NCBI GenBank assembly: GCA_943788175.1
Contig: CALSPG010000005.1
Span: 128,001-192,000, forward strand
Source of the DNA: an uncultured bacterium
Lineage (GTDB): Bacteria > Fidelibacterota > Marinisomatia > Marinisomatales > UBA1611
Length of the DNA stretch: 64,000 nucleotides
Reading direction: 5' to 3'
This document shows positions 10,893 to 20,940 of the stretch, piece after piece; within the stretch, counting starts at the first letter, position 1, and the number at the start of each line of letters is the position of its first letter. The translations under genes and the position numbers were made by a program. The notes beneath the pieces are model-generated. The model searched no databases. It was not told the origin of the DNA and worked only from the letters and a program-made list of their open reading frames with translations.

Positions 10893-11348
10893 ATGTTATC
10901 TATTGGATCAAGTGCTCCTGAGTTTCAACTTAATGATCAGGATGGGAATACAGTAAATATTAAAGATTTTGAGGGTCAAAAAGTTTTACTTTGGTTCTAT
11001 CCAAAAGCAAGTACACCTGGCTGAACTATCCAAGGTCAAGGGCTCCGGGATGAGTTCAAAAATTTTGAAAAAAATAATACAGTAGTGCTTGGAATGAGCG
11101 CTGATTCAATAAAAGCTCAAAAGAATTTTTGTACCAAACAAGAGTTCCCATTTCAATTATTATCTGATCCTGAGAAAGAAACAATAAAATCATATGGAGC
11201 AATAGGTTTAAAGAAGATGTATGGTAGAGAATATGAAGGAATTCTTAGAATAGCTTATTTGATTGATGAAAATAGTAAAATAGAAAAAGTTTATGAAAAA
11301 GTTAGTCCAAAGACTCATGCTGGTGAGGTTTTAAAAGACTTAGCTTGA
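10893..11348 (+). CDS. bcp: Peroxiredoxin BCP/PrxQ, probable selenoprotein (Sec44 = TGA 11022-11024), 151 aa
   Basis: MLSIGSSAPEFQLNDQDG...WFYPKASTPG[TGA]TIQGQGLRD continues in frame into ORF 11085-11348; TGA sits at the peroxidatic Cys of PxxxTPGC. Confidence 0.9.
11022..11058 (+). promoter_or_regulatory. Candidate bacterial SECIS hairpin
   Basis: TGAACT-ATCC ... GGAT-G-AGTTCA can pair, enclosing a G-rich apical region (aaggtcaagggctccg). Confidence 0.6.
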
Positions 11349-11351
11349 TTG

Positions 11352-12272
11352 CTATTGATTATTAATTATTAGATAGTTGTCTTGGAATGACATGAACCCT
11401 TCTTCTAAATAACCACTCATTAGAGAGTGCCCTTTAATCCAAAGCTCATTTTTTTTGACTACAAAATCTGTAAGATGGATTGGATTATTTTTAACTGCTA
11501 ACACAGCGCTATTTTCTTTACAAAGTGCGATATCGTTTACTTTAAAGTTTTCAATGTTTTCCCAGTCTTTACGCAATCGATAGCCTCGTTTTTGATCTAT
11601 CTCATCATAAGTAAATGTGTAATGAGGATCTTTTTTTGTAAATGGGCACATAGTATAAATGGGTAAAATCGCACAAATAACGACCCAAAAAGTCGAGTTT
11701 GCTTTCAAGTCGCAATAAAAATTCATGCCGGATCTTAGGTCCAGAGCTTTTTGTATACTATTTGCATTAACAAGTAAGCTGTAGTGTGATAAAAAAATAC
11801 TTTTATCCTCTGTTATCATAATGACGGCGGTTTCATCTAATAAAGCTTTGTATTTCGGAATAAAAACCGGGGAGTATGACAATATGGCTTTTTTAAAATC
11901 AATTCCAAATTTTATTCTTTTTGCGCCTAATTTTTTATTTATTTTGACATTACTTTTTTCAAGAAAAATACCTTTTGCTCCCATGTGCCATAGACCATAA
12001 AGTAATAATAATGACTGCAAAGATGAATTTTCTTCAATTATAACATTATCTTTTGGATTAATACCTTGCTCAGTTAGCCAATTAGCCATCTTTTGAATGA
12101 GTTGATAGAATTCAATATTTTTAAGATTATAATCACTAAAAATACTTTTTTCTCCAAATTTAATTATTTGACCCTCAATTATTGCTTGGGTGCCAGGGTA
12201 GGGGATCATGTATTCTATTGGCTCTATATTGCCAATAGTTTGCGCTTTGTATAATTGAGTTTCTAAATTCAT
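11352..12272 (-). CDS. Degenerate AMP-binding (acyl-CoA synthetase-like) protein
   Basis: ANWLTEQGINPKDNV, LSHYSLLVNA, ELWIKGHSLMSGYL remnants; P-loop missing. Confidence 0.55.
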   Translation of the reverse strand: MNLETQLYKAQTIGNIEPIEYMIPYPGTQAIIEGQIIKFGEKSIFSDYNLKNIEFYQLIQKMANWLTEQGINPKDNVIIEENSSLQSLLLLYGLWHMGAKGIFLEKSNVKINKKLGAKRIKFGIDFKKAILSYSPVFIPKYKALLDETAVIMITEDKSIFLSHYSLLVNANSIQKALDLRSGMNFYCDLKANSTFWVVICAILPIYTMCPFTKKDPHYTFTYDEIDQKRGYRLRKDWENIENFKVNDIALCKENSAVLAVKNNPIHLTDFVVKKNELWIKGHSLMSGYLEEGFMSFQDNYLIINNQ

Positions 12273-12314
12273 GTTATTGATAGGAAGTTATAAAAATAAA
12301 TTCCGTAAATAAGG

Positions 12315-12938
12315 TTACTTTTCAGGCTTAACTTTTCTAGTTATCTGAAAATTATCAGTAGGCCGTGTATACCAGTCACCTGCTAATCTCCCGATAGGTT
12401 CTAATTTTTCAATATCGATTTTATTATTGGATATTATACTATCATCTATGTGAAATAATACAATGCTTCCGATGACAATAAATCCGCTACCCGCAGTTCC
12501 GTCCCCTATCTCAACGATTTGATTTAGATTACATTCAAGACTTATTTTTGCTTCTTTCAGTATTGGCGGAATAATCTTTTTTGATTTTGAGGTACTTAAA
12601 CCAGAAATCTCAAATTCATTAATATTACTATCATAATCTGTTGAGCATTCAACCATTTGCTGAGCAAATGACTCAGAAACTATATTGACTGTAAACTCTT
12701 TTGTGTCTCTTATGTTAACTAAAGTATCCTTTTCTTTTCCATCCCACCCTCTTCGAGCAGGCGCAAACATGATGGTTGGTGGATTAGAACAAACACCGTT
12801 AAAGTATGAAAAGGGTGCAATGTTATCAACTTTTTTTAAACTAGTTGTACCTACAAATGCAATCGGTCTTGGGACAATTGATCCAATCATCAGCTTATGT
12901 GTTTCCTGAAATGTTATCTTATCTGGGTCATAAATCAT
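12315..12938 (-). CDS. Flavin reductase-like family protein
   Basis: VPRPIAFV, NIAPFSYFN, KDTLVNI, IGRLAG. Confidence 0.9.
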   Translation of the reverse strand: MIYDPDKITFQETHKLMIGSIVPRPIAFVGTTSLKKVDNIAPFSYFNGVCSNPPTIMFAPARRGWDGKEKDTLVNIRDTKEFTVNIVSESFAQQMVECSTDYDSNINEFEISGLSTSKSKKIIPPILKEAKISLECNLNQIVEIGDGTAGSGFIVIGSIVLFHIDDSIISNNKIDIEKLEPIGRLAGDWYTRPTDNFQITRKVKPEK

Positions 12939-12941
12939 AAG

Positions 12942-14087
12942 CTAAGAATTCCAAGAATAGATATATTTTTCATCTTCGATTTTTTGCGAATCAGTTGTTA
13001 AGTCTACTGGTTTAAAAGTATCTATCATAACAGCAAACTCTTTAGTCTCTTTTGCCCCAATAGATTCTTCGATTTTTCCTGGCTGTGGCCCGTGTGTTAA
13101 GCCCATGGGATGATAAGTTATCGATTCTGGTTCAACACCTTTCCTGCTCATGAATTTCCCGTCGACATAATATATAATTTCTTCGGAGTCTACATTACTA
13201 TGAGCGTAAGGAGCGGGTATTGAATTTTTATGGTAATCATATAACCTAGGCACAAAAGAACAAACGACGAAGCCTTTAGATTGAAACGTTTGATGAACGG
13301 GAGGTGGTTGATGAATTTTCCCAGTAATTGGCATGAATTCTTTAATGTTTATTTTCCAAGGATAATAATATCCATCCCAGCCAATTATATCAAAAGGGTG
13401 ATTTTGATATTCATAAGATTGAAAACATTCCCCGTACTTAACATCAATTAACGTATTTTGTTCTAAAGACGGTTCATCGTGTTGAGGGGTTATAATATCT
13501 CGTTCAGTAAATGGTGAATGCTCTAATAGTTGACCGAATTTATTTCTGTAGCGTTCAGGTGTTTCAATTGGTTCTTTTGATTCAATGACTAATATTTTTA
13601 ATGGGGAATTAATTTTCATTTTCCATATCACGCCTCTTGGAATAACTACATAATCTCCATAGACTATATCAAAACTCCCAAAATTTGTTTGTAAGGTGCC
13701 TTCCCCGGCACTAATAAACAACAATTCGTCAGCATAAGCATTTTTATAAAGAGTATCCATTGACTTATCGACATGACATTTGGAAATTACTAAATCAGCA
13801 TTCAGAAATAGTGTTTTTCGAGAAAATACAGCATCTCCCTCACTTTTAATATTTGATGTTTTTAAATGATAATGTTTATTTATTTTTTCGATTACATCAA
13901 TTTCATTTTTGGTTTTAGAACCTAAATTTTTTACTGCAGTTGGTGGGTTTATATGATATACATTTGAGTACATGTGGCTAAAACCATTTCTGCTAATTAG
14001 CTCTTCCCAAAAAAGATTTTTATTTTCATCTCTAAATTCAGTGTGTTTTTTTTGTGGTATTTCTCCTCTTTTTTGATAGAATGGCAT
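12942..14087 (-). CDS. hmgA: Homogentisate 1,2-dioxygenase
   Basis: HQPPPVHQTF, PYAHSNVDSEE, HGPQPG. Confidence 0.93.
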   Translation of the reverse strand: MPFYQKRGEIPQKKHTEFRDENKNLFWEELISRNGFSHMYSNVYHINPPTAVKNLGSKTKNEIDVIEKINKHYHLKTSNIKSEGDAVFSRKTLFLNADLVISKCHVDKSMDTLYKNAYADELLFISAGEGTLQTNFGSFDIVYGDYVVIPRGVIWKMKINSPLKILVIESKEPIETPERYRNKFGQLLEHSPFTERDIITPQHDEPSLEQNTLIDVKYGECFQSYEYQNHPFDIIGWDGYYYPWKINIKEFMPITGKIHQPPPVHQTFQSKGFVVCSFVPRLYDYHKNSIPAPYAHSNVDSEEIIYYVDGKFMSRKGVEPESITYHPMGLTHGPQPGKIEESIGAKETKEFAVMIDTFKPVDLTTDSQKIEDEKYIYSWNS

Positions 14088-14093
14088 AATTAA

Positions 14094-15059
14094 TTATATA
14101 ATTTTATTTTCTAAAATTCCTAGTTTTTCAATTTCCATTGTAACAGTGTCACCTTTTTTTATCCAACCACCTGTATTCTCAGGTCGTAATTCTAGGATGC
14201 ATCCAGTACCAACCGTTCCAGAACCGATGTATTCTCCAGGGACTACTTTTGTGTTCATACTTGCACGCTCAATCATATCACCAAAGGAGTGATAAAGATC
14301 ATTTGTGTTTCCATCTGAAATAAGTTTACCGTTTACATGGCAGGTCATTCTTAAATGCAATTTTCCTTTTTCATCCCAATCATTTTCAATTTCATCTGGA
14401 GTAACCATATAAGGACCAAAACTAGATGCAAAGTCTTTCCCTTTTGCAGGGCCGAGACTCATAGGCATTTCTTCTCTTTGGAGATTTCTAGAAGACCAGT
14501 CATTTAAAATTGTATAACCAGCGATGACACTTTTTGCATTTTCAGATTTAATATTAGAACCACCATTACCTATAACAATTGCAAATTCTAACTCATAATC
14601 AAGTTCAGTCGTCGCAAGTGGATATGGAATATCTTGATTATGTCCAAAACAACAGTTCGGGTTTGAAAAATAAAATATAGCTAGTTTATACCAATCTGGA
14701 TTCATTTCTAAGCCTCTGAGTTTTCTTGCAGCACGAACATGTTGCTCAAACGCATAAAAGTCTCTAAAAGCAGGCGGATTAGGAACCGGTGGTAGAATGA
14801 TTGCATCGGATTCTTTTACAGAGAATTGGCGGTGATCGAGTTGCTTTACTTTGTCCTCTAATTCTTTGAGTAATAAAAAATTCTTATCCCATTCATGGAG
14901 CGCACTTTTTAACGATCGCGGTATAGATAAAAATTTTTCATCTTTAAGTTTTTCATTGATGAATTTAGAAGAGTCATAAATATTAATTATGCTATCATCC
15001 ATCTTAAATCCAAAGATCTGTTCAGAGTCTAATTGTCTTTTATAAGTTAATAACTTCAT
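14094..15059 (-). CDS. Fumarylacetoacetate hydrolase family protein
   Basis: RDFYAFEQH, LDYELE, NDWSSR, KGKDF, GSGT; start reassigned to ATG 15059 just past the hppD stop. Confidence 0.88.
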   Translation of the reverse strand: MKLLTYKRQLDSEQIFGFKMDDSIINIYDSSKFINEKLKDEKFLSIPRSLKSALHEWDKNFLLLKELEDKVKQLDHRQFSVKESDAIILPPVPNPPAFRDFYAFEQHVRAARKLRGLEMNPDWYKLAIFYFSNPNCCFGHNQDIPYPLATTELDYELEFAIVIGNGGSNIKSENAKSVIAGYTILNDWSSRNLQREEMPMSLGPAKGKDFASSFGPYMVTPDEIENDWDEKGKLHLRMTCHVNGKLISDGNTNDLYHSFGDMIERASMNTKVVPGEYIGSGTVGTGCILELRPENTGGWIKKGDTVTMEIEKLGILENKII

Positions 15060-15063
15060 TAGG

Positions 15064-16152
15064 TTAAAGATTCCCTCGTTGGCTTTGTTGTCTTTCAATT
15101 GATTCAAATAATGCTTTAAAGTTCCCTTTACCAAAGCTGTTCGAACCTTTTCTTTGAATTATTTCATAAAATAAGGTTGGCCGGTCTTGTATCGGTTTCG
15201 TAAATATTTGTAGCATATATCCTTTTTCATCTCTGTCTACTAAAATACCTAATTCAGCTATTGCATCCAGATCTTCTTCAATATCATCTATTCTTTTTGA
15301 TAAGTCTTCATAATAAGATTTAGGTGTAGGTAGAAACTGAACTCCATTTGATTTTAATTTTTTTACAGTACTAACTATATCTTTTGTGGACATTGCGATA
15401 TGTTGAACCCCTGGGCCATTGTAAAAGTCGATGTACTCTTGGATTTGGGACTTTTTCAAACCATTTGCAGGTTCATTAATGGGCATTTTTACTATTTCAT
15501 TTTCATTTGACATTACAATAGATCTGAGTGAGCTGTATTTTGTAGAAACGTCTTTATCGTCAACAGACCAAAATCGATGCCAACCAAAAATTTTTTCATA
15601 AAATTCACAAACCTTTTTCATATCACCATCCGGTTGGTTTCCAACCACATGATCAATGTGAATGATACCAGTAGAAATATCAGTGTTTGGTGTTTGAATC
15701 TTTTCATAACCAGGTAAAAATGAGCCTTTATATTTAGACCTATCAATAAAAGTGTGTGTTGTGTCTCCGTATGTTTGGATGGTTGCAGTTACTGCTTCAC
15801 CATAACGGTCTTGAATAATTTTTGGTTTTATTACGCTTTTTGCTCCTTTACTAGTCGTTTCTCTCCACGCTTTTTCTGCATCATTTACCGAAAAAGAAAT
15901 ATCCTTTACGCCGTCACCATGTTGATCTATATGTCTACCAATATCAGTTCCTGGAATTAATGGCGAGCTTAGAACAAATTTGACCTGATTCTGTTGCATA
16001 ACATAACTGACTTTTTCACGACTTCCCGTTTCAAGTCCCGAATACGAAACAGGTTTAAATCCAAGAGCATGCTGGTAGTAATATGCAGCTTGTTTTGCAT
16101 TGCCAACATATAATTCGCAATGGTCAAAACCGCTAATTTTAAAATTTTCCAT
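15064..16152 (-). CDS. hppD: 4-hydroxyphenylpyruvate dioxygenase
   Basis: IDHVVGN, GPGVQHIA, LQIFTKP, EIIQR, FGKGNFKALFESIE. Confidence 0.96.
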   Translation of the reverse strand: MENFKISGFDHCELYVGNAKQAAYYYQHALGFKPVSYSGLETGSREKVSYVMQQNQVKFVLSSPLIPGTDIGRHIDQHGDGVKDISFSVNDAEKAWRETTSKGAKSVIKPKIIQDRYGEAVTATIQTYGDTTHTFIDRSKYKGSFLPGYEKIQTPNTDISTGIIHIDHVVGNQPDGDMKKVCEFYEKIFGWHRFWSVDDKDVSTKYSSLRSIVMSNENEIVKMPINEPANGLKKSQIQEYIDFYNGPGVQHIAMSTKDIVSTVKKLKSNGVQFLPTPKSYYEDLSKRIDDIEEDLDAIAELGILVDRDEKGYMLQIFTKPIQDRPTLFYEIIQRKGSNSFGKGNFKALFESIERQQSQRGNL

Positions 16153-16160
16153 ATATTATT

Positions 16161-17249
16161 TTAGTGGATGATAGCTTTTAAAGCATTAAGTAAAGTTATG
16201 TTTTCTTCAGGTGTTCCGATAGATATTCTAATACAGTTTTGCCATCCAAATGCGGACAGTTTTCGAACAATAATACCTTTATTTAAAAGTTTAGTTACGA
16301 TTACATCAGCATCATTGCTATTATTCCATATTGTAGTGATAAAATTTGTATAGCTAACAATGAATTTAATATCTAAGGATTTGAACTCGTTTAATAAATA
16401 CTCTCTTCCTTTTTGATTCTCGCGAACAGTTTTTTCTAAAAAATCAGTGTCATCAAGTGCTGCTATCCCAGCAGCTTGAGCTGGCATAGATGGCTCAAAT
16501 GGGGCTTTTACTTTATTTAGGTTCTCTATGAGATCTTTGTGAGCCAATCCATAACCTAATCGCAAACCACCAAGTCCATATGCTTTAGAGAAGGTTCTTA
16601 AAGTAATCACATTATCATAGCGGTAGAGCATTGAATCTGGATAATCAGATTGGTGTTTAGCATATTCATAATAGGCTTCGTCAAGAATAATCAAGACTCT
16701 GTCAGGTACATGATTATAAAAAGCGTCAAAGTCAGACTTAGTAACGTATGTTCCCATTGGGTTATCAGGGTTAGCTATATATATTATCTTTGTATAATCT
16801 GTGATTTTTTTTGCCATTTCTTGAAGATCATATCTTCGCTCTTTCATTGGCACCCAAATTATTTTTCTTCCTGATGCATTTGCTAGAACACGAAAACCAA
16901 TAAAAGATCCTTCTGTCCCAATTATTTCATCCTCATCCAATAAGAACGTCCTCATTATTGTTGACATTATACCCTCAGAACCGGAACCAATAGTAACATT
17001 TTCTATCTTGACCTTAAATTTTTTTGCTAGTTTACTTCTAAGTTGATATCCAGATGCATCTGGATATCTATTCAAGTTTTTATATGTTTTTTCAATCGCC
17101 TTTATTGCGAGGGGGCTAGGTCCATGAGGGTTTTCATTCGAGGATAGTTTTATATATTTTATTCCATCGTCATTCAACTCTGCTTCTTGAATTGACTTCC
17201 CTGGTTTATACTTTTTGAGTTTTTTTATATAAGATGGTACTAATGGCAT
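16161..17249 (-). CDS. hisC: HisC-family PLP aminotransferase (probably aromatic amino acid aminotransferase in this context)
   Basis: KLSSNENP, NPDNPMG, DEAY, RTFSKAYGL; first gene of hppD operon. Confidence 0.85.
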   Translation of the reverse strand: MPLVPSYIKKLKKYKPGKSIQEAELNDDGIKYIKLSSNENPHGPSPLAIKAIEKTYKNLNRYPDASGYQLRSKLAKKFKVKIENVTIGSGSEGIMSTIMRTFLLDEDEIIGTEGSFIGFRVLANASGRKIIWVPMKERRYDLQEMAKKITDYTKIIYIANPDNPMGTYVTKSDFDAFYNHVPDRVLIILDEAYYEYAKHQSDYPDSMLYRYDNVITLRTFSKAYGLGGLRLGYGLAHKDLIENLNKVKAPFEPSMPAQAAGIAALDDTDFLEKTVRENQKGREYLLNEFKSLDIKFIVSYTNFITTIWNNSNDADVIVTKLLNKGIIVRKLSAFGWQNCIRISIGTPEENITLLNALKAIIH

Positions 17250-17306
17250 ATTAGAATACTTTAGACTTAAAGTCAGACTCCTTTAAATTAGATATGTTCA
17301 ATATTA

Positions 17307-18986
17307 ATGAAGTTATTCAATAGCAAAACAATTATTCTTTTTTTCTTTGTCGCGTATTGCACTTGCAATATTTATTCGTGTGCAGCAATTCAGGCCCCGC
17401 CTGGAGGTCCAAAAGATAATACTCCACCAACTTTATTATTTTCAACGCCTTCTAGTGGAGCTACAAATTTATCTCTGAAAAAAGTTGAATTAGTTTTTTC
17501 AGAGCATTTACTTGAAAAATCAGTAGCCAGTTCGATTAGTATCTTACCTAAAACTTTGTCACCAATATCTGTGCAATACAAAGGTAAAAAATTGATTATA
17601 TATTTACCGGATAATCTCTTAGACAATCAAACATACATATTACTTATCAATAGAGGTTTAAAAGATGAAAATGGAGTTTCAATAGATGAAGGTATTCAAT
17701 TAGCTTTTTCTACAGGTGATATTATCGATACGTCTGAATTGAGTGGGAGAATATTTTTTGATGGCGAGGCTTCGTGCCTTTTGTGGAAGATAAAAGATTC
17801 AACTGATCAACGTGATTTTTTTAACCGGTTGCCCGATTATAGTATAGATGCAAATGATAAAGGTTTTTATAATTTTAATTATTTATCTAACGGTTCTTAT
17901 AAAGTTTTAGGTGTAGAAAGGAGAGAGTCTGGCTCTTTAATAGATCCTAACTCATCATTATATGGCGTTCCGTTCTTTAAAAGAATCCAAATTGATTCTT
18001 CAAATTCAACTATAAATAATATTAATATTTTTTTCCCAAAAGTTTTACGATCTGCAAGTGTTGTAAATGGTAAGTGGGTGAATAATAAAACAGGTATAAT
18101 TACTTTCGATAATCCCATTGATGCTTTCGAAAAACCTATCCTTGTTAGTGTTAAATATGGGGACAAGGATGTTCAGGCAAAAACTTTTCTTCATAATAAA
18201 GATAGTAAAATAGTACATTTTTTATTGGAAGACTCCATAGCTGCAGATATGAAAACAGTAATTAATGTTAAATCAGTATTTGAAGACGGGATAATGGTGA
18301 TCGATTCTGCGGTGATTTCAGCTCGAACAAAGTTATCTCAAGACACAACATATTTAAAAATTAATAATTATAGCACAGGTTCAACTTTAAAAATTGAAGA
18401 AGAAATTATTAATCCGTTCGATATCTATTTTTCAAAAATCATTTATGAAGAAAATATAGATAATGCTTTTTCTTTATTAAAAGATTCTTCAATTATTGAT
18501 TTCAATTTGGTCCAGATTAGTCCAATGCATTATCAAATAAATCCAGTTAAAAATTGGCTGCCAGAGACTGAATATTCTATAAATATAATTAGGGAAAATT
18601 TTAAATTAAATAATAGTAGAAGTATAAAAGATTCAACGATGATTATCAAATTTAAAACATCTAAATACGAACAATTTGGCAACCTCATTGGTGATGTCGT
18701 TTCACCTCAACCTAATTCTATTGTTGCAAGATTAACCTCATTGGAAAAAGCGTCTCATTTTTATGACGCTTATGTAAATTCTAACTTATCTTTTAAAATT
18801 AATAAAATACCTGAAGGGGTTTATTCTTTAATGTTTTATCAAGATCTAGATAAAAATAATAAATATTCTTTTGGACATTTAAGTCCTTACAGGTCTTCAG
18901 AATGGTTTGAGATTAGACCCGATACAATTTCTATTAGAAGTAATTGGGATATGGAAGTAGCAAAAATAAATCTAAGTGAGAAATAG
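17307..18986 (+). CDS. Ig-like (Big_5-type) domain lipoprotein
   Basis: CA...PPGGPKDNTPP N-terminus typical of an FCB-group family. Confidence 0.7.
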   Translation: MKLFNSKTIILFFFVAYCTCNIYSCAAIQAPPGGPKDNTPPTLLFSTPSSGATNLSLKKVELVFSEHLLEKSVASSISILPKTLSPISVQYKGKKLIIYLPDNLLDNQTYILLINRGLKDENGVSIDEGIQLAFSTGDIIDTSELSGRIFFDGEASCLLWKIKDSTDQRDFFNRLPDYSIDANDKGFYNFNYLSNGSYKVLGVERRESGSLIDPNSSLYGVPFFKRIQIDSSNSTINNINIFFPKVLRSASVVNGKWVNNKTGIITFDNPIDAFEKPILVSVKYGDKDVQAKTFLHNKDSKIVHFLLEDSIAADMKTVINVKSVFEDGIMVIDSAVISARTKLSQDTTYLKINNYSTGSTLKIEEEIINPFDIYFSKIIYEENIDNAFSLLKDSSIIDFNLVQISPMHYQINPVKNWLPETEYSINIIRENFKLNNSRSIKDSTMIIKFKTSKYEQFGNLIGDVVSPQPNSIVARLTSLEKASHFYDAYVNSNLSFKINKIPEGVYSLMFYQDLDKNNKYSFGHLSPYRSSEWFEIRPDTISIRSNWDMEVAKINLSEK

Positions 18987-20039
18987 ATGCATTGCGTGAT
19001 ATTAGCAGGGGGAAGTGGTACTAGGTTTTGGCCCTACAGCAGAAAAAACAACCCTAAACAATTATTAAATATTGTTGGTGATCATTCAATGCTACAGATA
19101 ACTGTAGATAGATTAAGAAAATTAAAATCAACATCAGAAATTTATATTATTACAAGGAAAGAGCTTTATAATCCAATTCTTGAAACTACTAAAAATATTA
19201 AACCCGAAAATATAATTATAGAGCCCAGCGCAAAGAATACTGCCCCTGCAATTGCATTAGTCGCTCAAAAAATTTACATGGAAGAAAAAAATGCGATTAT
19301 GGGTGTTTTCCCGGCTGACCATTTAATTGTCGGGCATAATAACTTTGAAAAATCACTTGGCAATGCCTTTAGCATTTTAGAAAAAGAACAAAGTTTGGTC
19401 ACAATAGGAATCAAACCAACTTACCCGAGTACTGGGTATGGTTATATTCAATATGAACGAAACGCTACCAAAGGCTTGGGATACCATGTCAAAACTTTTG
19501 CGGAAAAACCTCACGAGACATTAGCAAAAAGATTTATAAAAAGCGGGGATTTTTTGTGGAATGCTGGAATTTTTGTATGGAAAGTGAATACTTTATTATC
19601 TTCTCTTCAAAAGCATATGCCAGATTTGCACGATGCTATGAAAAAAATCGGAAAATGTTTAGCTGAGTCATCCTCTTTTGATGAAATCTGGGATAGTATT
19701 GTTCCTCAATCAATTGACTATGGTTTAATGGAAAAAGCCAATAATATTTTTGTTATTCCCGCTGATTTTGAATGGAATGATTTAGGATCTTGGGATGCTT
19801 TGTATGATATTTTTTCAAATAAAGAGAAAGATAATGTTGTAAGGGGTTTAGGAACGATAATAGAAGGTGAAAATAATTTGATTCAATCTAATAATAGGTT
19901 TACGGCTATAATTGGGGTAGATAATCTTGTAGTCGTGAACACTGATGATGCAACGCTAGTAGTACCCCGAGACAAGGTTGAAAAAGTAAAAGATCTTGTT
20001 AACTGGCTTGATGAAAAAGGCCATAAGGACTTGTTGTAA
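18987..20039 (+). CDS. manC: Mannose-1-phosphate guanylyltransferase
   Basis: ILAGGSGTRFWP, NTAPAI, FAEKP, WNAG, WNDLGSW. Confidence 0.93.
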   Translation: MHCVILAGGSGTRFWPYSRKNNPKQLLNIVGDHSMLQITVDRLRKLKSTSEIYIITRKELYNPILETTKNIKPENIIIEPSAKNTAPAIALVAQKIYMEEKNAIMGVFPADHLIVGHNNFEKSLGNAFSILEKEQSLVTIGIKPTYPSTGYGYIQYERNATKGLGYHVKTFAEKPHETLAKRFIKSGDFLWNAGIFVWKVNTLLSSLQKHMPDLHDAMKKIGKCLAESSSFDEIWDSIVPQSIDYGLMEKANNIFVIPADFEWNDLGSWDALYDIFSNKEKDNVVRGLGTIIEGENNLIQSNNRFTAIIGVDNLVVVNTDDATLVVPRDKVEKVKDLVNWLDEKGHKDLL

Positions 20040-20303
20040 TTGAAAAATAAAGAACTATTGGAAGAATTCCACTCGCTCGCCGATAAGCTCAACATTAAAA
20101 TTATGAAGGGGAAAGGTGACTTTTCAGGCGGAGATTGTATTGTAAACGAAAAAAAAGTCATAGTCATAAATAATATTAAACCAATTGAGCAAAGATTAAA
20201 TACACTAGCGAGCTGTTTTAAAAATTATGATTTGGAAGGATTATATATTGTTCCAGCTTTGCGAAAATATATTAATGACGCAAATAGATTAGAGTTTAAT
20301 TAG
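20040..20303 (+). CDS. Small hypothetical protein
   Basis: Abuts manC; KGDFSGGDC motif; native codon style. Confidence 0.65.
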   Translation: MKNKELLEEFHSLADKLNIKIMKGKGDFSGGDCIVNEKKVIVINNIKPIEQRLNTLASCFKNYDLEGLYIVPALRKYINDANRLEFN

Positions 20304-20442
20304 GGTTTCTGTTCATATATTTAAACTTGCTATATTAAATAGCGTTTTAAGTGATTATCTTAAAAGATCAAAATTTTTAAAGAATTTATTTTTTAGCAAA
20401 ATCAAAAAAATATGAAAGCAAATAATATTGTGAAAAGCGGCA

Positions 20443-20940
20443 ATGAATAATCTATGGGCTCCCTGGCGCATGGAATACGTTCGCGCTCCCAAAAAAAATC
20501 TTAAAGGAACATTCTCCCAAAAATTAGAGAATGGAACTGATGAAGATAATATGATCCTTTTTAGAGGTACTCATTCTTTTGCTTGCATGAATCTCTATCC
20601 ATATAGTAATGGTCATATAATGGTTATTCCTTACGAAGTTGTGGATAAACCGGAAGATTTAAAAAGCATGGTTTTATCTGAAATAATGAATATTTCTTCT
20701 TTATCAATGAGCATAATTAGAAAAAAAATGAATGCAGAAGGCTTTAATTTTGGTTCTAATATTGGTGCATCAGCAGGAGCAGGGATTGCCGAACATCTGC
20801 ATTTTCATATTGTTCCTAGGTGGAAAGGTGATACTAATTTTATGCCCGCGATTGGCAATACAAAAGTTCATGTACAAGGTTTGCAAGATACTTATGCTGA
20901 ACTAAAACCATTTTTTCAAAATATGGAGTTACCTCAGTGA
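20443..20940 (+). CDS. HIT family hydrolase (Ap4A hydrolase/phosphorylase-like)
   Basis: LWAPWRMEY, NLYPYSNGH, HLHFHIVPRWKGD. Confidence 0.9.
   Translation: MNNLWAPWRMEYVRAPKKNLKGTFSQKLENGTDEDNMILFRGTHSFACMNLYPYSNGHIMVIPYEVVDKPEDLKSMVLSEIMNISSLSMSIIRKKMNAEGFNFGSNIGASAGAGIAEHLHFHIVPRWKGDTNFMPAIGNTKVHVQGLQDTYAELKPFFQNMELPQ

Noticed and set aside
11022-11024. Genome-wide UGA reassignment
   Set aside because: TGA ends bcp, tgt and others normally and Trp is encoded by TGG; the read-through is site-specific
15060-15134. ORF-track N-terminal extensions (also 35880-36032, 32297-32350, 44618-44674)
   Set aside because: They overlap upstream genes or precede better starts with an RBS or signal peptide
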